Positions 56,401-64,000 of a stretch of 64,000 bases of DNA are shown one piece after another. The notes under the pieces are model-generated. The model did not search any database, was not told the DNA's origin, and saw only the letters and a program-made list of their open reading frames with translations. Position 1 is the stretch's first letter, and each line of letters starts with the position of its first letter. Location of the stretch: positions 2,112,001 through 2,176,000 of the forward strand of contig CAXXLQ010000004.1 of the NCBI GenBank assembly GCA_963668695.2, read 5' to 3'. Origin of the DNA: Vicinamibacteria bacterium (lineage in GTDB: Bacteria; Acidobacteriota; Vicinamibacteria; Marinacidobacterales; Marinacidobacteraceae). A program made the translations under genes and the position numbers.

Positions 56401-57086
56401 TCGTGACGGCCACGATGAGCGGGACCCTCGTCACCCTCACTCCGGCGGGGGAGGGCCGCACGTCGGTGGTGGTGACGGCGCGCAACGCGAGCGGATCGGC
56501 GACGCAGACGATTTCGGTGACCGTGAATCCTCCGGCGCCCGAGGCGGTCGGGACGCTGGCGCCGGTATCGCTCTCCGTCGGGGGGGCCACGGTGGAGATG
56601 GTCGTCTTCAGCGCCTTCAACGGGTGGCTTACGATGGAGGCCGAATCGGAAGACGGCGCAATCGTGACGGCCGGGATAGTCGACCGATACGTCGTCACCT
56701 TCACACCGGTGGGCGAGGGTGACACCTCGGTGGTCGTAACGGCGCGGAACGAAAGCGGCTCCGCGTCCCACATCGTTTCGGTCAACGTGGTGGCGGAGGC
56801 TCCGCAAGCGGTGGTAAGGCTCGGGGTGGGTCACGTCCAGCTTGACGGAAGTTACGTGCTTCTTTCCACCTCGAGGTACTTCACCCCGGCGGCCCTCATG
56901 ATCGAGGCGCGTTCCAACGACACGGGAGTGGTGACGGCGGAGGTCACGAGGGACGGCTACGAAAGAACTCCGGTGGTCAAGATCATCCCGGTGGGTCTCG
57001 GAACCACGACCGTGGAGATCACGGGAACAAATGCGAACGGTTCGGCGATGCACACCCTGTCCCTGACCGTCGTGGCGCCGCCGTAG
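53469..57086 (+). CDS. Large lipoprotein adhesin with ~13 Ig/cadherin-like ~88-aa repeats
   Basis: Lipobox LGSC; recurring S.nP.VvTA..LTLTPV..GSTSVVVTARNA.G.ATQTI.VTV. Start estimated. Confidence 0.85.
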   Translation: MERPTSVQAGRRAHHLLGVIAVLALGSCADPGSTPSPAPPTVPLVPAPRVTGEFLDLVLTEQGDSFAVDLSAGIAGEVTEWSATSSDPNIVTVAVANGRLEIAPVRVGTVEVAVIARNAGGQVEATFTVRVISRPITPPTMAGELRPLVLDVGAGSILVDLGGAFSPPGFILTARSLDPGVVTASVSGTVVVLTVVAAGSTTLEIVAQNSAGSAARTLSVTVVPAPDTVGDLEPLELIAGAAPTVVDLSTVFRLSTGLFFEARSDDDEIATASVSGHELTVTPVAPGNTAVTITAINAAGSASRIIPVAVVAEGRTAAPTPVGTLPPLTLSVGGGSAVIDVSASFSPGGFSLEAQSLNPNVARVSVREDAILTVRPVGAGRASIELIARNAAGSAARYLEVEVAASLRPSGQIQPLSLSVGASPAVVDLQDAFSPPGFEVEARSLNERVATVSVAEGLSLVVTPVAAGSTSVVVTARNAHGMATQTIPVTVAAAFPRAVGTFGMVSFAAGGPGFRWDAQAHFTPAGLQIEARSGNPQVVTATMSGIFLTLTPVGEGSTSVVVTARNANGTATQTIPVTVAVAAPRADGTLAPVSLSVGGPAVAVDVEAGFTPAGLQFEARSTNPQVVTATMSGTFLTLRPVGEGSTSVVVTARNAHGTATQTIPVTVEAPAPRTDGTLPSVSLSVGGPAVALDVGAGFTPAGLQIEARSGNPRVVTATMSGTFVTLTPAGEGSTSVVVTARNASGSATQTISVTVAARFPRAVGTFAPVSLSAGGLAIAVDARAGFTLGGLQFEARSGNPQVVTATVNGPLVTLTPVAAGSTSVVVTARNANGSATQTISVTVAAAPPRAVGTFPRVSLSAGGPAVAVDARAGFTPGGLQFEARSGNPQVVTATVNGPLVTLTPVAAGSTSVVVTARNANGSATQTISVTVEAAAPRADGTLVPVSLSVGGPAVAVDVEAGFTPAGLQFEARSTNPQVVTATMSGTLVTLTPAGEGRTSVVVTARNASGSATQTISVTVNPPAPEAVGTLAPVSLSVGGATVEMVVFSAFNGWLTMEAESEDGAIVTAGIVDRYVVTFTPVGEGDTSVVVTARNESGSASHIVSVNVVAEAPQAVVRLGVGHVQLDGSYVLLSTSRYFTPAALMIEARSNDTGVVTAEVTRDGYERTPVVKIIPVGLGTTTVEITGTNANGSAMHTLSLTVVAPP

Positions 57087-57364
57087 GGGCGGCCGGCGGG
57101 CTGGGGAGCCCGCCGGGAGACCGGGGCCCCGACCTCCGGCCGCCTGAGTACGAGACCGGGTCAGGGCCCTCGGCCCTCTTGCGGGACCTCGTCGAGGTGG
57201 GTCTACCCTGATTGCGACCGGCTACTTCTCAGAAATGCCATCTGGCAACTCGTGGCTCCGGGGACGCCCGCAACCATCCCGGCGGGGCCCGCCCGCCGCG
57301 CCGGCGACGGCGGTTCCCCTCGATCCGCGAGCAGATGGCTGCGCGATCCCAGCGGCGCGGCGAG

Positions 57365-60300
57365 TCACGGGTCGATGAGTCGGATCTGGATCTGGTTGGG
57401 AGACGTCGAGCACCCGGATGAGCCGGACACGCTCGTGCCCGGAACCAGTGAGATGTCGTACTGGACTTTCAGAATCTCATCCCCTTGGGAGAGAGCGTCC
57501 CGATCGGCCGAGAGTTGGAAATCCACCCTTCCCGTTCTGGGCGGGCCGGGGCGGATCTGCAGCGTCTGCCGCTCCGGCGTTCGATGCAGCGTTCTGCTAT
57601 GGGTGGACGTCAGGGGTTCGCCGAAACTCCCGGCGATGAAGGAGATGCGGATCTGGAAATCCGCGCTCAGGTCTTCCCTGGCGACTTCATAGTGGAGCGG
57701 GATCTCCAGGGTTTCCCCCTCGGCGAGTTCCCTGATGTCCGAATACCCCCAGGGAGCAGAGAACCGAAGTCTCAGATCGGGAAGCGTGACCGCCGGAACG
57801 CTTGCCTCATCGGGATAAACGCGACACTCCGAACCCGAGCATGCCAGCACCGATTCCGCCCCCCCGGCCGGACACGCCTGAATGATCATCGGCTGCATTG
57901 CCGTCGAAGATGCACGTCGGGCAAACTGTTCGTCGTAGGGATCCCAGAGGACCCGGACATCGTGCCGATAGCGGTTGTCCACCTCCTGGATGTTCCAGTC
58001 CAGGATGGGATACCCGCGATAGAGATCCATGATGGTCGAATCCGCCTTGTTGGTTTCAACGCGGAAGTCCACGATCTGCGCGTCGCAGATGTCATGGCGG
58101 CCGGCAGACATCGTCGTCCCGGAAATGCTGACCGCCTGACAAAGGACCGGCTCCGGCGGGGTGAAGCTGATGGCCACGGTGGGCGGGGGATTCAAGTTCC
58201 CCCCGGGGCCGTGAGCGTCCAACCGGTACCGGACGGACTTGGTCGGGCAGATTTCGCGGGATCCTTCGGGAGCCACGCTGCCGATCCCCGTCAGCCAAAC
58301 CTGGGTGGTCTCCTCGGTTGTCCAGGTCAAGGTCGAGCATTGGTCTCGATCGATTACGGGAGGATTCGCGATCAGCGTTCCGGCCGGCGCGCGCCACTCC
58401 CTTACGGAAACCGTGACGGTCGGCTCGGGATCGAGGATTGCGCCGTTTCCCGAGCCGGTGAGCGTGTAGGTGGTCGTCTCCGTCGGGCAGACCCGGCGGC
58501 TGCCGCTGGCCTCCACTACCCCGATCCCCGGATCGATGGACTGGGTGGTGGTGTTCGCGGTGATCCAGGCCAGGGTCGTGCACTCGCGCCGCCGAAGATG
58601 CTCCACGGTGGCGGTAAGGGTGCCGGTGGGGAGCGCGGAGCGGAGCCGCACCGCAACCGTGACGGTGGGCGGGGGGGCGAGCGACCCGCCGGGGCCGGTA
58701 GCGGTCAGCGAGTAGGTGGTGGTGGCGGACGGACAGACCTCCCGGGATCCGGTGCCCGCCACGTTCCCGATCCCGTGGTCGATCGAGACGCCGGTGGCGT
58801 CCACCGTGTTCCAGCTCAGCCGGGAACACTCTCCGGACTCGACCTCCAGTGGATCGGCGCTGATGCCCCCGCTCGGCGCCGGCACCGAAACCGCGACCGT
58901 GGCGGACGGCTCCGGGCTCAGAGTGCCGCCCGGCCCGGAGGCCGATAGCGTGTAGGTGGTGGTAGCGGTCGGACAGACCGCTCGGGACCCGTTGGGAGCC
59001 ACCGAACCGATCCCCTGATCAATGGACCGGGTCGTGGCGCCGCTGATCGCCCAGCTCAGGTCGGAACACTCACCTCGGGTGATCGCGGCGGGATGGGCGT
59101 CCAGATTGCCGACCGGGGGCGGTTGGGCGACGGTGATCGTGGCGCTTGGCTCGGGCGTGAGCGTCCCTCCCGGACCCGAGGCGGACAGGGTGTACGTCGT
59201 GGTGGCCGCCGGACATATCGAACGCGAGCCGCTGGCGCTCACGTTCCCGATTCCCTGGTCGATGGACCCACTGGTGGCGCCGGTTGTGTTCCAGCTCAGC
59301 CTCGAGCATTCGCCCGCCAGGACGGTAGGCGGATCGGCAGCCAGGGTTCCGGTCGGCGCCGCCTCGGAGGCCACCGAAACCGTCGCCTGGAGCACCGGGC
59401 TGAGCGAGCCTCCCGGCCCGGAGGCGGTCAACGCATAGGTGGTGGTCGCGCCCGGGCAGACCGACCGCGACCCGCTCGGGCTTACGCTCCCGATTCCCTG
59501 ATCGATCGACACACTGCTGGCGTCGTCGATGCGCCAGATCAAGTTGGAACAGGCGCCCGCGTCTATGGACGGCGGATCCGTTTCCAGACTTCCCGATGGC
59601 CGAGGATCGGTGACGGTGATCGTGACGCTGGGGCTTGGAGCCAGTGCTCCGCCCGGGCCCGATGCGATCAACAGGTAGGTCGTCGTCGTGCTCGGACAGA
59701 TCGAGGCGTGCGACCCGGCGGCCGCTACGTTCCCGAGTCCGGGTTCGATGGTGCGACTCGTCGTTCCGGTCGAGGTCCAGTGAATCGCGGTGCACTCCCC
59801 GCGTACGATCGTGGTCCGGGACGCGCTGAGTCTGCCGGTGGGCGCCGGGTCAGCGACCCGGACGCTCGCGGTAGGTCTTGGGTCCAGCGATCCATCCGGC
59901 CCGGTGGCGGACAGCGTATAGGTGGTGTCGGTCGCCGGGCACACCGAGCGCGAGCCGCCGGCCGCAACCGGGCCGATGCCGGGGTCAATGGACTGGCCGG
60001 TGGTATGCGCGGTGCTCCAGGTCAAAATGGCGCACTCGCCTCTGGCGATGATGCCGGGAATGACCCGCAGGGTCCCCGCAGGCCCCGACGGCGACTGCAC
60101 CAGGATCGCCACCGCCGGTGAGGGTTCAAGTGCACCGCCGGCGCCGGAGACCTCGAGGAAATACGTCGTGGCCTGCGCCGGACAGACCTCCCGGGATCCG
60201 GAGGCCGGTACCGGGCCCACGTTGGGGAATATGGACTGGCTCGTCGAATCATCCGTCCGCCAGGTCAGCGTCGAGCACTCACCCAGGACGATTTCGCGAG

Positions 60301-61078
60301 GACTGGCGGTGAGGCTCCCCGTCGGGGGCGCCCGGACCCTGACGGTGACCCGGGGCTGGGGGGAGAGGTCCCCTCCCGTTCCGGAAGCGGAGAGCGTGTA
60401 GGTGGTGGTCACGCGCGGCGACACGACGCGCGTGCCGGAAAGATCGACGGACCCCACCCCGGGGGTGATGGACGCGCTTTCGGCGCCGGTGATCGCCCAA
60501 CTGAGGACTGAGGAGGCGCCCCGGCGAATCGTCTCCGGGACCGCCGCAAGACTGCCGCTCGGCCGGTGCGACCGCGGTTCGGTGACGCTGCCCCCGCCGC
60601 CTCCACCTTCACCTTGCCCCCCGCCCTCACCGCCGCTGCCGCCTTGCCCCCCACCCTCACCGCCGCTGCCGCCGCCACCACCGCTCGGCGGCGGCTGGGA
60701 GGGATCCACCACAACCACCGTGACGGTGACGGGCGGGTCGAGTGTTCCACCCGAGCCGGAGGCGGTGAGCGTATAGGTCGTGGTGACGGCCGGACAGACA
60801 ACCGCGACCCCTCTCGCCGACACCTGATCGATGCCGTGATCAATCATGAGCGTCGTCGCGTCGGTGGTGGTCCAACGGAGGACGGCGCACGCCCCGGGGG
60901 AAATCTGCGACGGCTGAGCCTCGAAGCTCCCGGTCGGGGCCGACGGAGGGGTGGGCGCGGGGAGTGGCGCAGGGACAGCGCTCGGAAGCGGCGTCACCGT
61001 CGAATCGCAGCTGAGCCCGGCGGCCAGCACGACCGCTGCGGACCCGGGCAGAAGCCCGGAGGCCCGATTGATCCGCAT
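57365..61078 (-). CDS. Large lipoprotein with ~11 PKD/Ig-like ~81-aa repeats, Cys-capped domain and Calx-beta-like domain
   Basis: Lipobox GLSC; G.C..L.W...CP..TTTYTL.ASG.GG repeats; ACP..LACSGSEC; LAEGETLEIPL. Confidence 0.88.
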   Translation of the reverse strand: MRINRASGLLPGSAAVVLAAGLSCDSTVTPLPSAVPAPLPAPTPPSAPTGSFEAQPSQISPGACAVLRWTTTDATTLMIDHGIDQVSARGVAVVCPAVTTTYTLTASGSGGTLDPPVTVTVVVVDPSQPPPSGGGGGSGGEGGGQGGSGGEGGGQGEGGGGGGSVTEPRSHRPSGSLAAVPETIRRGASSVLSWAITGAESASITPGVGSVDLSGTRVVSPRVTTTYTLSASGTGGDLSPQPRVTVRVRAPPTGSLTASPREIVLGECSTLTWRTDDSTSQSIFPNVGPVPASGSREVCPAQATTYFLEVSGAGGALEPSPAVAILVQSPSGPAGTLRVIPGIIARGECAILTWSTAHTTGQSIDPGIGPVAAGGSRSVCPATDTTYTLSATGPDGSLDPRPTASVRVADPAPTGRLSASRTTIVRGECTAIHWTSTGTTSRTIEPGLGNVAAAGSHASICPSTTTTYLLIASGPGGALAPSPSVTITVTDPRPSGSLETDPPSIDAGACSNLIWRIDDASSVSIDQGIGSVSPSGSRSVCPGATTTYALTASGPGGSLSPVLQATVSVASEAAPTGTLAADPPTVLAGECSRLSWNTTGATSGSIDQGIGNVSASGSRSICPAATTTYTLSASGPGGTLTPEPSATITVAQPPPVGNLDAHPAAITRGECSDLSWAISGATTRSIDQGIGSVAPNGSRAVCPTATTTYTLSASGPGGTLSPEPSATVAVSVPAPSGGISADPLEVESGECSRLSWNTVDATGVSIDHGIGNVAGTGSREVCPSATTTYSLTATGPGGSLAPPPTVTVAVRLRSALPTGTLTATVEHLRRRECTTLAWITANTTTQSIDPGIGVVEASGSRRVCPTETTTYTLTGSGNGAILDPEPTVTVSVREWRAPAGTLIANPPVIDRDQCSTLTWTTEETTQVWLTGIGSVAPEGSREICPTKSVRYRLDAHGPGGNLNPPPTVAISFTPPEPVLCQAVSISGTTMSAGRHDICDAQIVDFRVETNKADSTIMDLYRGYPILDWNIQEVDNRYRHDVRVLWDPYDEQFARRASSTAMQPMIIQACPAGGAESVLACSGSECRVYPDEASVPAVTLPDLRLRFSAPWGYSDIRELAEGETLEIPLHYEVAREDLSADFQIRISFIAGSFGEPLTSTHSRTLHRTPERQTLQIRPGPPRTGRVDFQLSADRDALSQGDEILKVQYDISLVPGTSVSGSSGCSTSPNQIQIRLIDP

Positions 61079-61080
61079 GT

Positions 61081-62109
61081 TTACCAGCGGTAGTCGCCGC
61101 GTCTCACGGTGATCGCTACCGGGCCGGCAATGGTTCCGGCGCGGACAGCCACCGGCGCGGTCTGGAGCGTGTCGCGAATGTCGGCCTCGGCGCGGTACCG
61201 CAGCGCCCCATGGGCCCGCGGGATCGTGAGCGGACGCACGAGCAGGGAGTAGGCCCCCGGCGCCAGGCCACGGATGAGGAATTCCCCGTGGACATTGGTG
61301 AAGACGCCGACGCTCTCGACCATGTCGCCTTGGCCGTCGAGCCTGGTGGCGACGACGTGAACGGCTGCGGCCCCGCCTTCATCCTTGACGAGCACGCTCC
61401 CCCGGATGCTCCCCGTTGTCGCCTCCCAGCCGGCCGCGGGCCGAAGCAGCGACGCTCCGGCCCGATCGTCGGCCGTAATTGTTCCCCCCCGCAGATGGCC
61501 GTAGGACATCGCGGGATCGGCGCCCCAGGCCGTCGGCAACGCAACCCGGTATCGCAACACATCGCGAGTCCACAAGGCCCCGGCGTGATGCAGGCCGAGA
61601 CAATGACCCAACTCGTGGATCAAGGCGTTCCGGATGTCGTCCTTGGAACGCGTCACCTGACCCGGTGCAATGTAGATGTCGCAAACGTCGATCCGCACGC
61701 GGCCATCGGGGCCGTTCCTGGTACCGATCAGAGCCCCACCAGCTCCCGGCGCATACCCGTGTTCGAGATAGACCTCGCTGATGTCAGAGTCCCGTTCGGT
61801 CGCCGTCCCGCTGACGTTCCAGCGAATGTCCGCCGTGGAAATTCCGGACCAGCCGGACATTGCCTCCTCGATGAGTTCTTCCACGGCGCCAAGGCTCGAA
61901 AAGCCATCCAACCAGGTCGAGTCTTCCACCAACCGGAAGGAGAGGGTTTCTCCCGGGCCCCACACCTCGTCGCTCCACTGCACGGGCGTCGGCTCGGACC
62001 AGACATCGTGGTAGAGGAACCGGTATCCGGAGACCGGGAAGGGCCCCAGAACAATTCCGAGGAACGCAACAACCCCGAGAACCTGGGGGAATCTGGTTCT
62101 GATGGTCAC
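61081..62109 (-). CDS. Secreted matrixin-like metalloprotease
   Basis: Signal ending SG/YRF; HELGHCLGLHH; PAMSY; TNVHGEFLIRGLAPGAY. Confidence 0.85.
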   Translation of the reverse strand: MTIRTRFPQVLGVVAFLGIVLGPFPVSGYRFLYHDVWSEPTPVQWSDEVWGPGETLSFRLVEDSTWLDGFSSLGAVEELIEEAMSGWSGISTADIRWNVSGTATERDSDISEVYLEHGYAPGAGGALIGTRNGPDGRVRIDVCDIYIAPGQVTRSKDDIRNALIHELGHCLGLHHAGALWTRDVLRYRVALPTAWGADPAMSYGHLRGGTITADDRAGASLLRPAAGWEATTGSIRGSVLVKDEGGAAAVHVVATRLDGQGDMVESVGVFTNVHGEFLIRGLAPGAYSLLVRPLTIPRAHGALRYRAEADIRDTLQTAPVAVRAGTIAGPVAITVRRGDYRW

Positions 62110-62460
62110 CCGCTCGTCCGCTTCCAAGTCCTGTGCTCGAATCCGGAAGATGTTAACCGGGTGTACGAGACCCATGGGATTTGGCATTCGGGGACATCGA
62201 GCTGGCTTGGCAAGGGGTTGGAGTCGCTACGCGCGGATGGTGATCGGGGGCGCCGACACGGGAGTCGCCGGTGGAAACTGCCCCCCTGGGCAAATCGCCG
62301 CCCTCGCCCCCCGGCGTCGTCGGCCCGCTGTCCCGGGTCGAGCGATCTGCCCCCTGCGGTGGCGTGTGCCCGGGTTCGGGAAACAGACCAACGGCGCACC
62401 GCAGCGGGGCGAACCGCACCCTGCCGATCCGCCGGGATGGCGTTGTACGATCCGGCCGCC

Positions 62461-63315
62461 ATGCTCCGAGCCCTGACCCCCCTCATCCTCCTCCTCGCCG
62501 CGACCCTCCTCGCCCCCCCGGCAGCCCCCGCCCAGGACATCGTCCCCGCCCCCGCGGACGCCTCCACCGGCCCGGACACGGTGTTCGTCCAGGAACTCAC
62601 CTGGACCGAGGTGGCCGCCCGGGTGCGCGCCGGCACCCGCTCGGTGATCGTGCCGACCGGCGGCACCGAGCAGAACGGGCCGCACATGGTGCTCGGGAAG
62701 CACAACTTCATCATCCGGGAGGCGTCCGATCGGATCGCCCGCGAACTCGGCGACACGCTCGTCGCCCCGGTCGTCGCCTACGTCCCGGAGGGCGGGATTT
62801 CCCCGCCGACCGGCCACATGCGTTACGCCGGCGCCATCACCCTTCCCCAGGAGCACTTCGAGGCGCTCCTCGAATACACGGCGCGCGGCTTCGCGCTCCA
62901 CGGGTTCGACAACATCATCTTTATAGGCGACAGCGGCGGGAACCAGCGGGGCATGGAGGTGGTGGCCACGAAGCTCAACCTCGAATGGCAAGACTCCGGC
63001 GGGAAGTCCCGGGTGCTCTACGTTCCCGAGTATTACCGCGGCAACGGCTTTCGCGAGTGGCTGCTGGAGCAGGGGGTCCCGGAGGACGCCATCGGGAGCC
63101 ACGCCGGGGTGACCGACACCTCGCAGCTCTGGTACGTCGCGCCGGAACAGATCCGGCCGGAGGCGCGAGTTAAAAACGGCGGCTTCGAGGGAAGCGGCGT
63201 CAGGGGCGACCCCACGCTCGCCTCGCGGGAATTCGGCGAAAAGGGCATCGAGTTCAAGGTCGAGACCGCGGTCCGCCGGGTGCGCGAGATGCTCGCCGCG
63301 CGCGCCCGCGAATGA
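62461..63315 (+). CDS. Creatininase-family amidohydrolase, copy 2
   Basis: Near identical to 52149-53003. Confidence 0.88.
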   Translation: MLRALTPLILLLAATLLAPPAAPAQDIVPAPADASTGPDTVFVQELTWTEVAARVRAGTRSVIVPTGGTEQNGPHMVLGKHNFIIREASDRIARELGDTLVAPVVAYVPEGGISPPTGHMRYAGAITLPQEHFEALLEYTARGFALHGFDNIIFIGDSGGNQRGMEVVATKLNLEWQDSGGKSRVLYVPEYYRGNGFREWLLEQGVPEDAIGSHAGVTDTSQLWYVAPEQIRPEARVKNGGFEGSGVRGDPTLASREFGEKGIEFKVETAVRRVREMLAARARE

Positions 63316-63337
63316 CGGCGGCTTCCCGCCCCGCGCC

Positions 63338-64000
63338 GTGATCCCGTCCCAGCGGCATCTCTTCGACATCCCGCGGGACGTCGCCTACCTGAACTGCGCC
63401 TACATGTCGCCAATGCTCAACAGCGTGGTGGAGGCGGGGACCGCCGGCCTCCGGCGGAAGGCGCACCCCTGGGAGATCGCCGTCGACGACTTTTTCGAAG
63501 ACTCGGAGGCGCTCCGCGCCGCCTGGGCGGAACTGCTCGGGGCGGGGCCCGACGCCGTGGCCCTCACCCCCTCGGCGGGCTACGGCCTCTCGCTCGCCGC
63601 GAACAACGTGCCGCTCGCGGCGGGACAGGTGGTCCTGCTCGCCGCCGAGCAGTTCCCCTCGAACGTCTATCCCTGGACCGACAAGGCGCGGCGCGCGGGT
63701 GGCGAGGTCCGCTTCGTCTCGCGCCCCGAGGACGGCGACTGGACGCGGGCGGTGCTCGCCGAGCTCGACGAGCGGGTCGCGGTGGTCGCGCTGCCGAACG
63801 TCCACTGGACCGACGGCGGAATCTTCGACCTCGCGCGGATCGGCGCCCGGGCCCGCGAGGCGGGGGCGGCGCTGGTGGTGGACGCCACCCAGTCGCTCGG
63901 CGCGCTGCCGTTCGACGTGGGCGCCATCCAGCCGGACTTCGTGGCCGGCGCGGGCTACAAGTGGCTCATGGGCCCTTACTCGCTCGGCTACCTCTACGCC
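63338..64000 (+). CDS. Class-V PLP aminotransferase (cysteine desulfurase/epimerase-like), runs off window
   Basis: AYLNCAYMSP, EQFPSNVYPW, VVDATQSLGA, PLP lysine GYKW. Confidence 0.9.
   Translation, partial: MIPSQRHLFDIPRDVAYLNCAYMSPMLNSVVEAGTAGLRRKAHPWEIAVDDFFEDSEALRAAWAELLGAGPDAVALTPSAGYGLSLAANNVPLAAGQVVLLAAEQFPSNVYPWTDKARRAGGEVRFVSRPEDGDWTRAVLAELDERVAVVALPNVHWTDGGIFDLARIGARAREAGAALVVDATQSLGALPFDVGAIQPDFVAGAGYKWLMGPYSLGYLYA

Overview
GC-rich (roughly 70% by eye) bacterial DNA. The gene content resembles host-associated Acidobacteriota, such as sponge symbionts, but this is inference only. A small housekeeping set is present: gcvT-gcvH-gcvP, a nitrilase, a TonB-dependent receptor, a duplicated creatininase plus class-V aminotransferase and a TPR protein. 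It is embedded in a large accessory landscape of secreted and lipid-anchored surface proteins: a Cys/Asp-rich lipoprotein family (three variants), an FN3 lipoprotein, three tandem lipidated S8 autotransporter-like proteases, four matrixin-like metalloproteases each coupled to lipoproteins with a shared Cys-capped domain, and two Ig-repeat adhesins. Also present are a solo arm-type tyrosine integrase, IS21 remnants, an ATPase + DUF4276-like pair and a HicBA-like pair. Intergenic DNA is filled with repeats: a ~180-250 bp MITE, a ~255 bp structured element with covariation, and a modular GC-rich family. The most unusual signal is an 18-19 bp unit (CCAGTTCTCCCGGTGGGG) that is present or absent at many independent positions inside these repeats, behaving like a minimal mobile insert or recombination site. 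Many frameshifts in the surface genes may be assembly errors. Repeat boundaries and counts were read by eye and are approximate.
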